The notes: a model not told the origin generated them from the letters alone. A stretch of 64,000 bases of DNA from Ignavibacteriota bacterium (GCA_963742955.1 CAVUOA010000009.1:754596-818595), one strand, 5' to 3'. Shown: positions 43,072-53,461, numbered from the stretch's first letter. Numbers and translations are program-made.

Positions 43072-43959
43072 ATGAAAAACATACTAAGCGCAAAAAAAGA
43101 AAAAAATTCATCAAAATTTTTTAGGTCAGTAAAAGAAATATTAGTTACTCTGATAGTAGTATTGTTTATCCAGTCATTTTTCATTCAGGGCTACAGCACT
43201 CCCACCGGTTCGATGGAAAACACAATTTTAATCGGTGACAGGATGTTTTTTAACCAGTTTATTTACGGACCCAGCACACCGAGAAACATTCCGTTAACAA
43301 ACATCAAACTCCCCTATTTCCGTTTCCCTGCTGTAAAAGAACCCAAACGCGGTGATATAGTAAATTTTGATTTCCCCGGTTTCAGAGATGAAGTAATTCC
43401 TTCGGAAAACGTGCAGTATTTAAAAAGAATCGTAGGCCAGCCGGGAGATGTTGTAGAAGTAAGAGAAAGAGTTCTGTACGTAAACGGAGAAGTTTTTCCT
43501 AACCCGCTGGATGCAGTGTTTATTGGACCCATAAGCCCAAAAGGCGTAAGGAACGATAAAATATTCCCGAAAGGCGAACCATGGAACGAAGACAATTACG
43601 GCCCGCTGCGAATTCCCCAAAAAGGCGATATTGTTACTCTCAATAGTTCAAACTATCAGCAATGGGATACATTTATTAAACGTGAAAACCATCATCCTGA
43701 ACTGCGGGCTGACGGTAAAGTGTATATAGACGGTGTTCAAACCGACAAATACACTGTTGAAAGAAATTATTACTTCATGATGGGTGATAACCGCTGCAAC
43801 AGCCTTGATAGCCGTTACTGGGGATTTGTTCCGAGAGAAAACATAGTCGGCAAAGCGTTAATAACATATTGGTCCTGGGATTCAGAAATTCCGCTCAGTG
43901 ATTTCGGCAGGCTGATGGGCTCAGTCCGCTGGGACAGAATCGGAAAATTAATTAAATAG
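43072..43959 (+). CDS. lepB: Signal peptidase I (paralogue 2)
   Basis: PTGSMENTILIGDRMFFNQ, YLKRIVGQPGD and GDNRCNSLDSRYWGF. Confidence 0.9.
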   Translation: MKNILSAKKEKNSSKFFRSVKEILVTLIVVLFIQSFFIQGYSTPTGSMENTILIGDRMFFNQFIYGPSTPRNIPLTNIKLPYFRFPAVKEPKRGDIVNFDFPGFRDEVIPSENVQYLKRIVGQPGDVVEVRERVLYVNGEVFPNPLDAVFIGPISPKGVRNDKIFPKGEPWNEDNYGPLRIPQKGDIVTLNSSNYQQWDTFIKRENHHPELRADGKVYIDGVQTDKYTVERNYYFMMGDNRCNSLDSRYWGFVPRENIVGKALITYWSWDSEIPLSDFGRLMGSVRWDRIGKLIK

Positions 43960-44062
43960 ACCACAGATTACACTGATTTCTCTGATTTAACAGATGATTA
44001 TAATTTCAATAAATGAATCCCGTATATCTTCCAAATCAGTCTAATCAGAGCAATCAGTGGTC
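43959..44062. repeat. 104-bp MITE-like element with imperfect ~22-bp terminal inverted repeats
   Basis: The left end gaccacagattacactgatttc and the rc of the right end gaccactgattgctctgattag match at about 18/22 positions. The interior is rich in ctgatt motifs. It overlaps the lepB2 stop codon. Confidence 0.5.
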
Positions 44063-44072
44063 ATAATCAACA

Positions 44073-45194
44073 ATGTCAGGCATCTACTTACATATCCCCT
44101 TCTGCGATACAAAATGCATTTACTGTGATTTTTATTCCATTACAAATCATTCAAGGAAAAATGAGTTAATTGATTGCCTCATAAAAGAGATTGAAGATAA
44201 ATCTCTTTCATTAAAAAATAAACATTTCGATACAATATTTTTTGGGGGAGGCACGCCATCTTTACTCAGCTATGATGAATTCATGCATTTGTTCGATTCT
44301 CTTTACTCAAATCTGTCATTATCAAAAGAATCAGAAATTACAATTGAGGCAAACCCCGGCACGTTAAATTCAGATAAGCTAAAGCAACTCAAAAAGCTTC
44401 CGGTAAACAGAATTAGCTTCGGTGTCCAGTCATTTATAGATTCCGAGCTTAAATTTCTGACCAGAATACACTCAAGCCAGCAGGCGATTGATTCAGTTAA
44501 ATCAGCACAGGATACAGGGTTCGAAAATATTAATATCGACCTCATATTTGCCCTGCCAAATCAGTCATCAGAAAATTGGAAGTATAACCTCCAAAAAGCA
44601 ATTGAATTGAACACACAGCACATTGCAGCATATTCACTGATATATGAAGAAGGAACTGTTTTATTTGATATGTATGAAAACAAAAAAGTAACTAAAGCAA
44701 CAGATGAAAACGAGAGACGATTATATGATTTCACAATGGATTTTATGGCTGATAAAGGTTTTAGCCAATACGAAGTATCCAACTACTCAAAGCCGGGGTA
44801 CGAATGCCGCCACAACCTTAAATACTGGGAAAGAAACGAATATATAGGCTTTGGTCCATCAGCCGCATCATTTATTGAGAACAACCGCTGGGTAAATGTA
44901 AGAGATATTAACGAATACATTAAGCGGGTTAACACAAATGTTAAAACATACGATTTTAATGAGGAAATTGATTTAGAAACTTCAATTTACGAATACATTT
45001 TCCTTGGCTTAAGGAGCAAAGGAATCGATTTAAATGAATTTTCACGGAGGTATGATTTTGAATTTTCTCAACGGTATAATGATACACTGGATATACTCAC
45101 CAAAAATAATTTGGCGGTGAATAATAATTCTGTTGTCAAACTGACATCAAAAGGGTATGCTCTTTGTGATGAAATCCTGGCAAACTATTTTTAA
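44073..45194 (+). CDS. hemW: Radical SAM heme chaperone HemW (HemN-like)
   Basis: IYLHIPFCDTKCIYCDF (CxxxCxxC), GGGTPS and a C-terminal HemN_C-like region. Confidence 0.9.
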   Translation: MSGIYLHIPFCDTKCIYCDFYSITNHSRKNELIDCLIKEIEDKSLSLKNKHFDTIFFGGGTPSLLSYDEFMHLFDSLYSNLSLSKESEITIEANPGTLNSDKLKQLKKLPVNRISFGVQSFIDSELKFLTRIHSSQQAIDSVKSAQDTGFENINIDLIFALPNQSSENWKYNLQKAIELNTQHIAAYSLIYEEGTVLFDMYENKKVTKATDENERRLYDFTMDFMADKGFSQYEVSNYSKPGYECRHNLKYWERNEYIGFGPSAASFIENNRWVNVRDINEYIKRVNTNVKTYDFNEEIDLETSIYEYIFLGLRSKGIDLNEFSRRYDFEFSQRYNDTLDILTKNNLAVNNNSVVKLTSKGYALCDEILANYF

Positions 45195-45204
45195 CAATAA
45201 AAAA

Positions 45205-45233
45205 CCCTGTCAGGTTTTGTAAACCTGACAGGG
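45205..45233. terminator. Bidirectional hairpin terminator between convergent genes
   Basis: ccctgtcaggttt-tgt-aaacctgacaggg, a 13-bp perfect stem, with an A-run before and T-rich sequence after. Confidence 0.85.
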
Positions 45234-45241
45234 TTAAACTC

Positions 45242-46968
45242 TTATTTCAACAAAACCATTTTTTTTGTATCTGAAAACGTACCTGCAGTGAGTCTATAAA
45301 AATACACCCCGCTTGTCAAATTTGATGCATCCCATTTCACTTCATAGCTTCCGGCACTTTGCTTCTCATTAACCAATACGTTAGATTCTTTTCCAATTAG
45401 ATTATACACAACCAATGAAACGTAACTTATAATTGGTAACTCGTAACTGATGGTTGTCACAGGATTAAATGGATTAGGATAATTCTGCTCCAGTTTATAT
45501 TGAGAAGGTACTGTTAACGGATTTTGTACCCCGACTAATGATTGGCCTTCAGTAAGCGAATAAATAATATTAGGAGTTACGTTTGCAAACCCCTGAGCTG
45601 TTCCGCTAGGCCATCTGACTATTACACTATCAATAATTGTATTGCTGCCAAGACCAAATTCCACAGGTAATGAGTTCTGCCCTTTTCCTCCCGAGCCTCC
45701 GGAGACCTCGCGAATCATGCTCAGGCTTCCCGCTTTTACCTTTACCCTTGCGCCGATTGCAGAGCGGTTTGAAGGATTTCCCTGCAGTTTAAACTCAACC
45801 CATTTGTTTGAATTGCCGGCATTGTTTTTATAAAGCCTGTTTTCACCGCCGTTCGTGTTTAGGTATACATCCATAAACCCGTCATTATTATAATCACCCC
45901 ATGAAAGGCAGCTTGCATGTCTGGTATCGTTTGTTCCTACAATCGCCGCAACATCAGTAAATGTATTTCCGTCATTACGGTAAAGCTTATCTATAAATCC
46001 GGTGCCGTTAGCAACATACAGGTCAAGGTCACCGTCATTATCATAATCAGCCCACCCGCAGGAATAAGTTTGAGAGGCGTCGGCAACACCGTATTGAACA
46101 CTTACATCGGTAAACGTTCCATCCCCGTTATTTCTGAATAAATTGTTTGCTGCATTTGAATTGCCGGCATAGATGTCTATATTTCCGTCATTGTCAAAGT
46201 CACCCCAGTCTGCATTCCATGAATATCCCATTATAATCAGCCCTGAAGCAGCTGTAACGTCAGTAAAAGTACCGTTGCCGTTATTCCTGTAGAGAAAATC
46301 GGTGCCATGAGAACCCATTGTCTGTGTGCCGCAGAAGATGTCCAAATCACCGTCATTATCATAATCGGCGCATGTGACGGTAAGTGTTGAAGTGCTGTCC
46401 GTTATTCCCGAAGCATACGCTACATTTGTGAAGCTCAAAAGATTATCGTTCCTAAAAAGATAATTGTAATGATACGGAACGCCGTCATTGCCGAAAATCG
46501 CATCAACTTTTCCATCATTATTATAATCGAACCAATTTATGGTTCCTCCCCACCCGGTAAGACTAATTCCGGCAGTCGAAGTATAATTTGTATATGTTGT
46601 GCCTGTGTTCCTGTATAATATCAGCGCAGTATTATAATTACCAATCATTATATCGATATTGCCGTCATTATCAAAATCTGCCGCAGAAACTCCCTGCCGG
46701 GTCCGTTGTAATTAACGCCCCATGCAGCTGCAACATCAGTAAATGTTGTTCCGTTACTATTCTTCCACAGTCTGTTTGCCGTTCCGTTATTATCGAGAAA
46801 TATATCAAGCCATCCGTCATTATCAAAATCAACAAATACGCAGCCCTGGGCATTACCGGGGTCATTAACGCCCAAAGCAGGCGCTACATCAGTAAATGTT
46901 ATCTGTGAAAATACTTTAACGGAGAGTAAAAACAGCAGGAGAAAAAAGAAGGTTGAAAAGTTCTTCAT
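45242..46968 (-). pseudogene. FG-GAP/VCBS-repeat (ASPIC/UnbV, CRTAC1-like) T9SS cargo protein, one frameshift
   Basis: The N-terminal ORF 46648-46968 (signal peptide, FVDFDNDGWLDIF) and ORF 45242-46648 (repeated DYDNDGDLD motifs, C-terminal EQNYPNPFNPVTTISYEL) join as ...GVNYNG..GVSAADFDNDGNIDIMIG. The frame break lies at about 46695-46715. Confidence 0.8.
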
Positions 46969-47068
46969 AGCAGTTACTTTTAAATTGAGAAATGAACTTA
47001 GTGTTTTGGATAAAATCCTACATATTCAATAAATATTCAAGTGAATTTCAGAACAGACAAAACAAAAA

Positions 47069-47090
47069 AGGCAGTCTAAATTGACTGCCT
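47069..47090 (-). terminator. Rho-independent terminator of clpC
   Basis: aggcagtc-taaatt-gactgcct, with a T6 run following on the minus strand. Confidence 0.8.
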
Positions 47091-47113
47091 TTTATTAATT
47101 TATTGATTAATTA

Positions 47114-49618
47114 TCAACTATTCAGTTCATGAGGCTCAACACTGTGATTTTCAACTTCGCCTTCGGTGTTTTCCTCAGAAGCATCAACAAATTCCAGCTC
47201 AAAAGCGCCTTCTTTGTACTTAACTTTTATTTTTGAGCCTTCTTTAAATTTGCCTTTTAGTATTTCTTCCGATACAGGGTCTTCAATATATTTCTGTACC
47301 GCTCTTCTCAAAGGTCTCGCTCCGTAAAGCGGGTCGTAGCCTTTTTCAGAAAGGAACTTCTTTGCGCTCTCTGTTAGCTCAAAGCTGATACCAAGTGAAG
47401 ATATCCTGCTTAACAGCTGTCTTGTAGATATATCAATTATCTTAAATATATCATCCTGTGTAAGCTGTTTGAACGTTATCAAATCGTCAATCCTGTTCAA
47501 GAACTCAGGGCTGAATACCTTGCGAACCGATTCTTCGATGGTTGATTTCATCTTATCATGCCTGTCTTTGTTCTCAATATCGCCAAAGCCGAATGTGCCG
47601 ATTGATTTTATATCTTTAGTTCCGATATTTGACGTCATTATCAATATCGTATTCTTGAAATCAACCCTTCTGCCGAGGCTGTCTGTCAGCATTCCTTCAT
47701 CAAGAACCTGGAGCAGAATATTATATATATCAGGATGCGCTTTTTCTATTTCATCAAGCAATACAACTGAATACGGTTTGCGTCTGACCTTCTCGGTAAG
47801 CTGTCCGCCCTCTTCATAACCTACGTATCCCGGAGGCGCTCCAACTAGCCTTGACACGTTGAACTTCTCCATATATTCGCTCATATCGATTCTGATTAAA
47901 TTGTCCTCGCTGTCGAATAAGAACCTTGCCAATACTTTCGCCATTTCGGTTTTTCCAACGCCGGTAGGACCTAGGAATACAAACGAGCCGATTGGTCTGT
48001 TCGGGTCTTTAAGCCCCGCTCTTGTTCTGCGTATAGCTTTAGATAGTTTTTCAATCGCTTCATCCTGTCCGACAATAAACTTCTTAAGCTCGGTTTCCAT
48101 GGTGACAAGCTTATCCGATTCCGATTGCGCAACACGGTTAACTGGAATACCCGTCATCATCGACACAACGTCAGCTACATTTTCTTCAGTAACTTCGTGA
48201 ACAATGCTCTGCGCCTGTATTTCCCATTCAACTTTAGCCTGTTCAAGGTCATTAATAAACTTCTTTTCTTCATCTCTCAGCTTAGCCGCTTCTTCGAAGT
48301 TTTGGCTTTTTACAACCTGGTTCTTCTGAAGCTTTATTTTCTCTATTTCCTGCTCAAGGTGAAGTATGTTTTCCGGAACAACTATATTGGCAAGGTGAAC
48401 ACGCGAACCCGCTTCATCCATTACATCGATTGCCTTATCCGGCAAATAGCGGTCTGTAATGTAGCGTGAGCTAAGTTTCACTGCGCTTTCAATAGCTTTT
48501 TCCGAATATATTACGTTATGATGCTCTTCGTATTTATATTTAATGTTCATTAGTATCTTCATCGTCTCTTCTTCGGTTGTCGGGTCAACAATTATTTTCT
48601 GGAAACGCCTGTCGAGCGCGCCGTCCTTTTCGATATACTGGCGGTACTCATCAAGTGTTGTAGCGCCAATGCACTGCAGGTCGCCTCTGGCAAGCGCAGG
48701 CTTGAATATATTAGATGCATCGAGCGAACCCGACGCCCCGCCTGCTCCGACTATTGTATGAAGCTCATCAATAAACAAAATTACATCTTTGGCTTTTTCA
48801 AGCTCATTCATCACGGCTTTCATGCGTTCTTCGAACTGCCCGCGGTACTTTGTGCCTGCGACCAATGATGCAAGGTCAAGCGTTACCACGCGCTTATCAT
48901 GAAGCACGCGTGATACTTTTTTCTGTATAATTCTTATTGCAAGTCCTTCAGCGATTGCTGTTTTGCCTACACCCGGCTCGCCAATCAGTACAGGATTATT
49001 TTTCTTTCTGCGGCTTAGCACCTGTGCAACACGCTCAATTTCTTTCTCACGCCCGACAATCGGGTCAAGCTTATCATCTGCGGCAAGCTTGGTTAAATCC
49101 CGTCCGAAATTATCCAGCACCGGTGTTTTTGAGCGGTCTGCCTTTTTCTCTGCAACAGGCTTTACAGGCTGCTGGCTTGATTTACCGCTGAGTATGTTGG
49201 TTAGTTCTTCCTTCACCAGCTCGTATGTTATGCCGAACTGCTGCAGGATTTGCGATGCGAGATTATCATCCTCCCGCAGTATCGAAAGCAAAAGATGCTC
49301 CGTGCCGATTACGTCGGACTTGAATATCTTAGCTTCGAGATATGTTATCTTTAAGACTTTTTCTGCCTGTTTTGTTAAAGGGATATTCCCTACTGTAAGC
49401 GTTGCTCCGGTTTGCCTTACTGTCTCTTCGACGGTTTTCTTAATTTTACCGATATCTTTCCCAAGATTTTTGAAGATTTTGATGGCTATGCCTTCGCCCT
49501 CGCGTATGATTCCCAGCAGCAGATGCTCGGTACCGATATAATCATGTCCAAGCCTGATTGCTTCTTCTCTGCTTAGCCGAATCACATCCTGAACTCTATT
49601 TGAAAAATTACTGTCCAT
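47114..49618 (-). CDS. clpC: ATP-dependent Clp protease ATP-binding subunit ClpC
   Basis: Two Clp_N repeats, NBD1 [15 protein letters not shown], a UVR-like linker ([14 protein letters not shown]) and NBD2 [15 protein letters not shown]. 834 aa. Confidence 0.93.
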   Translation of the reverse strand: MDSNFSNRVQDVIRLSREEAIRLGHDYIGTEHLLLGIIREGEGIAIKIFKNLGKDIGKIKKTVEETVRQTGATLTVGNIPLTKQAEKVLKITYLEAKIFKSDVIGTEHLLLSILREDDNLASQILQQFGITYELVKEELTNILSGKSSQQPVKPVAEKKADRSKTPVLDNFGRDLTKLAADDKLDPIVGREKEIERVAQVLSRRKKNNPVLIGEPGVGKTAIAEGLAIRIIQKKVSRVLHDKRVVTLDLASLVAGTKYRGQFEERMKAVMNELEKAKDVILFIDELHTIVGAGGASGSLDASNIFKPALARGDLQCIGATTLDEYRQYIEKDGALDRRFQKIIVDPTTEEETMKILMNIKYKYEEHHNVIYSEKAIESAVKLSSRYITDRYLPDKAIDVMDEAGSRVHLANIVVPENILHLEQEIEKIKLQKNQVVKSQNFEEAAKLRDEEKKFINDLEQAKVEWEIQAQSIVHEVTEENVADVVSMMTGIPVNRVAQSESDKLVTMETELKKFIVGQDEAIEKLSKAIRRTRAGLKDPNRPIGSFVFLGPTGVGKTEMAKVLARFLFDSEDNLIRIDMSEYMEKFNVSRLVGAPPGYVGYEEGGQLTEKVRRKPYSVVLLDEIEKAHPDIYNILLQVLDEGMLTDSLGRRVDFKNTILIMTSNIGTKDIKSIGTFGFGDIENKDRHDKMKSTIEESVRKVFSPEFLNRIDDLITFKQLTQDDIFKIIDISTRQLLSRISSLGISFELTESAKKFLSEKGYDPLYGARPLRRAVQKYIEDPVSEEILKGKFKEGSKIKVKYKEGAFELEFVDASEENTEGEVENHSVEPHELNS

Positions 49619-49756
49619 TTTAACTTATTTCCCCTAATTAAATTACAATTAATTCAACAATTTAGGTCTAAAAATAGTTTCAATTATCAACAAATTACGC
49701 TTTAATTGCATTATTTGCAATGCATGCCCTTAGCGGAGCCGAAGGTAACAACTTAT

Positions 49757-51163
49757 CTATATCAGTTTCTTCCATTTTTCCCGCCATGATTCTGATTTAC
49801 GTTTTCCCTTACTTCCGCGGTCATCTTTTCTGTTGGGGTTCTCATTTCTTTGTTCATCTTTTATGCGGTCATCATTTCTAATAGTGTTTTCATTCCTTCT
49901 TTCACGGTGTTCATCTCTTCTGTTGGAATGTTCATCTCTTCTGCTGGAATGTTCATCTCTTCTGTTTGGTTGTTCCCTTCTTCGCTGCGGTTGTTCATTC
50001 CTTCGCTGCGGCGGTCTGTGACGTGTATCATCGGATATGTTCTGAACGCTCTTCGGCAGGTCAGCAGTATTAACTGTTTTCAATGTAATCACTCCGCGGT
50101 AGGTAAATAAAATCTGTTTGAAGAACTTCTGCTCTTCGCCGCCGGTGACAAGCGATATCGCTTCGCCTTTTTTGCCCGCCCGGGCTGTTCTTCCAACGCG
50201 GTGTGTGTATGATTCAACGTCTTTAGGGATTTCGTAGTTGTAAACGTGAGTGATATCTTCTATATGCAGTCCGCGTGATGCAACATCGGTTGCAATCAGC
50301 ACGCTGATGCGCTTATGGCGGAACGCCTCCGTAACACGCTCACGCTGGCTCTGTGACATATCGCCGTGAAGGCAATCTGCTTTCACTCCGTTATCGGTAA
50401 GCTTCTTTGCAAGCTTGGATGTAGAATATTTTCTGTTGCAGAAAACAAGCGCGAGGTCGCGTTCATGCTTAAGCAAATAAACCAGCAGCGGCAATTTAGC
50501 TTCTGGAGTGGTTTGGTAATATGTCTGATGCAGGAACTCCGGCTTTACGGCGGAATCAAGCTTCACATTCACGGGGTCGGTGAGGTATTTGCGGCTTAGC
50601 TGCGCAATTTCTTTCGATACCGTTGCGCTGAAGAGCATCGTCTGCCTCTTCTGCGGCATAAGCTTTAATATGCGCTCGATATCTTTTATAAAACCCATAT
50701 CCAGCATCCTGTCTGCTTCATCGAAAACGAGGAAGCGGATTTTATCAAGTCTAAGCGCGCGCCGTTCGAGCAGGTCAAGCAGCCTGCCCGGCGTGGCAAT
50801 TACTATGTTTGTACGCCGGAGTTTCCTTACCTGGTTTTCAATCGATACGCCGCCATAGACAGCCGTTACACCGAGATGTTTGCCCGCAGAAAATTTCGTG
50901 AACTCGCCTGTGATTTGCACGCAAAGCTCACGCGTCGGGACAAGTACAAGTGTGGTTAATCCATCACCTGCGGTAGTTGCCTCAATTATCGGAACGGCAA
51001 AACTTATTGTCTTGCCCGAGCCGGTTTCCGATTGCGCAAGTATATCACGCCCCGCGGTTATGGCGGGTATTATTTGTTTCTGTATGGGTGTTGCTACCGT
51101 AATCCCGTGCTTCTCCAGCAGGGATACCATCGGTTTGCTTAATTTAAACGATTCTGATTTCAT
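49757..51163 (-). CDS. DEAD-box ATP-dependent RNA helicase with a basic repetitive C-terminal tail
   Basis: Motif I AQSETGSGKT, VFDEADRML, SAT and HRVGRTARAGKKG. The tail contains RRDEHSSRRDEHSNRRDEHRERR. Confidence 0.93.
   Translation of the reverse strand: MKSESFKLSKPMVSLLEKHGITVATPIQKQIIPAITAGRDILAQSETGSGKTISFAVPIIEATTAGDGLTTLVLVPTRELCVQITGEFTKFSAGKHLGVTAVYGGVSIENQVRKLRRTNIVIATPGRLLDLLERRALRLDKIRFLVFDEADRMLDMGFIKDIERILKLMPQKRQTMLFSATVSKEIAQLSRKYLTDPVNVKLDSAVKPEFLHQTYYQTTPEAKLPLLVYLLKHERDLALVFCNRKYSTSKLAKKLTDNGVKADCLHGDMSQSQRERVTEAFRHKRISVLIATDVASRGLHIEDITHVYNYEIPKDVESYTHRVGRTARAGKKGEAISLVTGGEEQKFFKQILFTYRGVITLKTVNTADLPKSVQNISDDTRHRPPQRRNEQPQRRREQPNRRDEHSSRRDEHSNRRDEHRERRNENTIRNDDRIKDEQRNENPNRKDDRGSKGKRKSESWREKWKKLI
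49908..50010 (-). repeat. In-frame 21-nt tandem repeats encoding the helicase tail
   Basis: Three units gttcatctcttctgytggaat (RRDEHS-S/N) followed by two units ttgttcmyttcttcgctgcgg (PQRR-x-EQ). Confidence 0.8.
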
Positions 51164-51169
51164 TTATTA

Positions 51170-51299
51170 CCTGTATTTTAACTTTCTTTTGTGTCATTGC
51201 GAGCGGAGCGAAGCAATCTCTGCTTAATAAACTTTACAAACTTTATGAACTTTATGAACTTTATGAACTATTTTACTTACACAAGATACTCTTTACTGC
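51170..51299 (+). repeat. Composite repeat module, left copy (DR-L)
   Basis: cctgtattttaactttcttttgtgtcattgcgag-cggag-cgaagcaatctc, then the 9-bp VNTR, then aactattttacttacacaagatactctttactgc. It is a direct repeat of 53111-53268. Confidence 0.8.
51230..51268 (+). repeat. 9-bp tandem repeat AACTTTAYR, about 4 units
   Basis: aactttaca, then aactttatg x3, then a partial unit. Confidence 0.85.
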
Positions 51300-51592
51300 T
51301 TCGGCATACAAGGTGAATGAGTACGGACCGGGTGGAGAGCGTGCTCTTATTAAAGTCTTTTGTCATTCACGCATAGGTTTCAAACATCGCTTTAGATAAC
51401 CTTCGCGGGAATTATAGTGAGAAGATTTGCTTTTCAATATTTACGCTAATTGCTTATATTAAGACTGATTATTTATAAACATCAGTAGGCTTAGGTTAGC
51501 GAAACAGGCTTCGGTACAGCACGCCATATGGTTCAGGTGCAGATACAGTAAATACCTTACTGCTTCCCGAGTTATCGGCAGAAAGGATATAT

Positions 51593-52900
51593 ATGAAACT
51601 ATTACTGGTTTCACCCTGCAGGGATGAAAACATCCGCTTCGCGCATTCACTCCGCATTCCTCAAATTTCACTTAACATTATTGCTTCGCTTACACCGCCT
51701 AATTACGATATAAAAATTGTTGAAGAAGAAGTCGGACCTGTTAACCTCGATGAAGATTGTGATATTGTGGGCATCAGCACAATGACTTCAAACGCTCCGA
51801 GAGCATACCGCATGGCAGATGAGTTTAAAAAGCGGGGCAAAACAGTTATACTGGGCGGCGTTCACCCGACCGTACTGCCCGAGGAGGCAAAACTTCATGC
51901 AGACTCCGTTGTAATCGGCGAAGCGGAAGATACATGGGGCGCGCTGCTGAACGATTTTGAACAGGGCACGCTGCAGAAATTTTATAAATCAAACCACCCG
52001 GATGTTTCGCATTACCCGCTTCCGAAGCGTGAGCTCTCACCGAAAGCTAAAGCATTGTTCGATGTTAAGCCGATTGTAACAACACGCGGGTGTCCGTATG
52101 ACTGCGATTTCTGCGCCGTCCCGAAATTCTTCGGCAGAAAGCTGCGCTCACTTCCTGTTGAAAAAGTCGTTTGCGATATTAAAGCATCCAAAGGGAAAAT
52201 TTTTCTTTTCCTCGATGATAATATTATCGGCTCTCCGAAATATGCAAAGGAGCTGTTCAAAGCAATCGAACCGCTCAATATAAAGTGGGTGGGGCAGGCA
52301 TCCATGTCATTTGTGAAAGATACCGAGCTTATGCGCCTTGCCGCCAAAAGCGGGTGTACGGTGCTCTTCTTCGGACTGGAGTCGGTTTCGACTAAAGCGC
52401 TTAAGCGCATGGGCAAATCAATTAAACAGCTCGAAGCAAACGCAGATGCAATAAAAAAAATTAAGGATTTCGGAATTGTGTTTCATGCGTCCATGGTGTT
52501 CGGTTTCGATGAGGAAGAGAAATCTATCTTTTCTGAAACGCTCGAATTTCTTGTAAAGAATAAAATTGCAACCGTATCATTCAACATTCTTACGCCATAC
52601 CCGGGCACACGGATTTATGACCGCTTTAAAAGCGAGGGCAGGCTGCTCACTGAAGACTGGAAATTCTATGACCATAACTCGGTTGTCTTTAAACCAAAGA
52701 ACATGACGCCCCGGGAGCTTCTTGAAGGACACCTTTGGGCTCGGAAACATTTCTACTCGCTCGGCTCAATTGCAAAACGATTCACAGGAACGCTCCGCCA
52801 TCCACTGCTTTACACTGCGATGAATCTGGGATACAGAAAAAGCATTAAGCTCGATACCGATAACCTTGGTAACGAGATATTGCGGTTACATGCAGCATGA
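51593..52900 (+). CDS. B12-binding-domain radical SAM protein (substrate unknown)
   Basis: N-terminal Rossmann-like cobalamin-binding region (DIVGISTMTSNAPRAY...VILGGVHPT) and the radical SAM cluster motif TTRGCPYDCDFC. It looks visibly GC-richer than its surroundings. Confidence 0.88.
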   Translation: MKLLLVSPCRDENIRFAHSLRIPQISLNIIASLTPPNYDIKIVEEEVGPVNLDEDCDIVGISTMTSNAPRAYRMADEFKKRGKTVILGGVHPTVLPEEAKLHADSVVIGEAEDTWGALLNDFEQGTLQKFYKSNHPDVSHYPLPKRELSPKAKALFDVKPIVTTRGCPYDCDFCAVPKFFGRKLRSLPVEKVVCDIKASKGKIFLFLDDNIIGSPKYAKELFKAIEPLNIKWVGQASMSFVKDTELMRLAAKSGCTVLFFGLESVSTKALKRMGKSIKQLEANADAIKKIKDFGIVFHASMVFGFDEEEKSIFSETLEFLVKNKIATVSFNILTPYPGTRIYDRFKSEGRLLTEDWKFYDHNSVVFKPKNMTPRELLEGHLWARKHFYSLGSIAKRFTGTLRHPLLYTAMNLGYRKSIKLDTDNLGNEILRLHAA

Positions 52901-52936
52901 AATACCGGGCGGAGGATGTCCCAAATTCTCAGGGTT

Positions 52937-52957
52937 ATTCCGGACTTGGTCCGGAAT
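52937..52957 (+). terminator. Perfect 9-bp stem hairpin 37 nt after the radical SAM stop
   Basis: attccggac-ttg-gtccggaat. No clear U-tract follows, so it is either a terminator or a REP-like element. Confidence 0.35.
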
Positions 52958-53027
52958 CCGATTATATATATAATTGTGTTGTATTGGTCCGCGGTTGGCA
53001 GAAAGCCGAAGATAACCATTCCTGAAC

Positions 53028-53096
53028 GCCTGCCTGTCTATCTATCTGCAATAGGCAGACAACAGGTAGACCTGCTGCAGGCAGGGAGTCGAAGGA
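53028..53096 (+). repeat. 69-bp inverted repeat, left arm (IR-a L)
   Basis: gcctgcctgtctatctatctgcaataggcagacaacaggtagacctgctgcaggcagggagtcgaagga. Its reverse complement occurs at 58791-58859 with one mismatch. Internally it can fold (cctgcctg/caggcagg, tctgc/gcaga, cagg/cctg). Confidence 0.9.
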
Positions 53097-53110
53097 CAAT
53101 TCTTACTTTT

Positions 53111-53268
53111 CCTGTATTTTTAACTTTCTTTTGCGTCATTGCGAGTGCAGCGAAGCAATCTCAACTTAATAAACTTTACGAACTTTACGAACTTTACAAA
53201 CTTTATGAACTTTACGAACTTTACGAACTTTATAAACTATTTTACTTACCCAAGATACTCTTTACTGC
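53111..53268 (+). repeat. Composite repeat module, right copy (DR-R)
   Basis: Same architecture as 51170-51299, with the cattgcgag REP at 53135-53162 and a longer VNTR. Confidence 0.8.
53172..53238 (+). repeat. 9-bp tandem repeat AACTTTAYR, about 7 units
   Basis: aactttacg x2, aactttaca, aactttatg, aactttacg x2, aactttata, then a partial unit. Confidence 0.9.
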
Positions 53269-53294
53269 CATGCTATAAGAAGAAGAATTTTTGC

Positions 53295-53331
53295 CACCCC
53301 GATGTTTATCCCCGATGCATACGGGACAGGC
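53295..53331 (+). repeat. ccgat-hairpin repeat (IR-b L)
   Basis: ccaccccgatgtttatccccgatgcatacgggacaggc. Its rc matches 58622-58660 at about 34/39 positions. Confidence 0.6.
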
Positions 53332-53461
53332 TGGGCAGGCACAGAGGAATTTGTAATAGTAAAGTCGCAGGATATTTTACTTTTATAAGTTGTGAGAAAT
53401 GAGTAAATTAGAAATTATTGACCACAAAGACACAAAGGCACAAAGTAAAACACAAAAATAA

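Noticed and set aside
42117-43959. Tandem lepB paralogues after lepA, considered as an unusual duplication.
   Set aside because: Both are intact with all catalytic boxes. The lepA-lepB linkage and multiple signal peptidase I genes are common, so this is ordinary.
51300-51592. Cobalamin riboswitch upstream of the B12-binding radical SAM gene.
   Set aside because: No B12-box-like (GCCACTG) core or typical conserved stems were visible by eye. This would need cmscan to exclude formally.
51230-53238. Possible CRISPR arrays at the two tandem-repeat tracts.
   Set aside because: The units are 9 bp and contiguous with no spacers, and no cas genes are present. They are microsatellite-type VNTRs.
52916-53402. 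ORFs 52916-53278 and 53139-53402 (translations such as NFTNFTNFMNFTNF and CVIASAAKQSQ).
   Set aside because: They are translations of the REP/VNTR module (9-bp repeats, cattgcgag hairpin), not genes.
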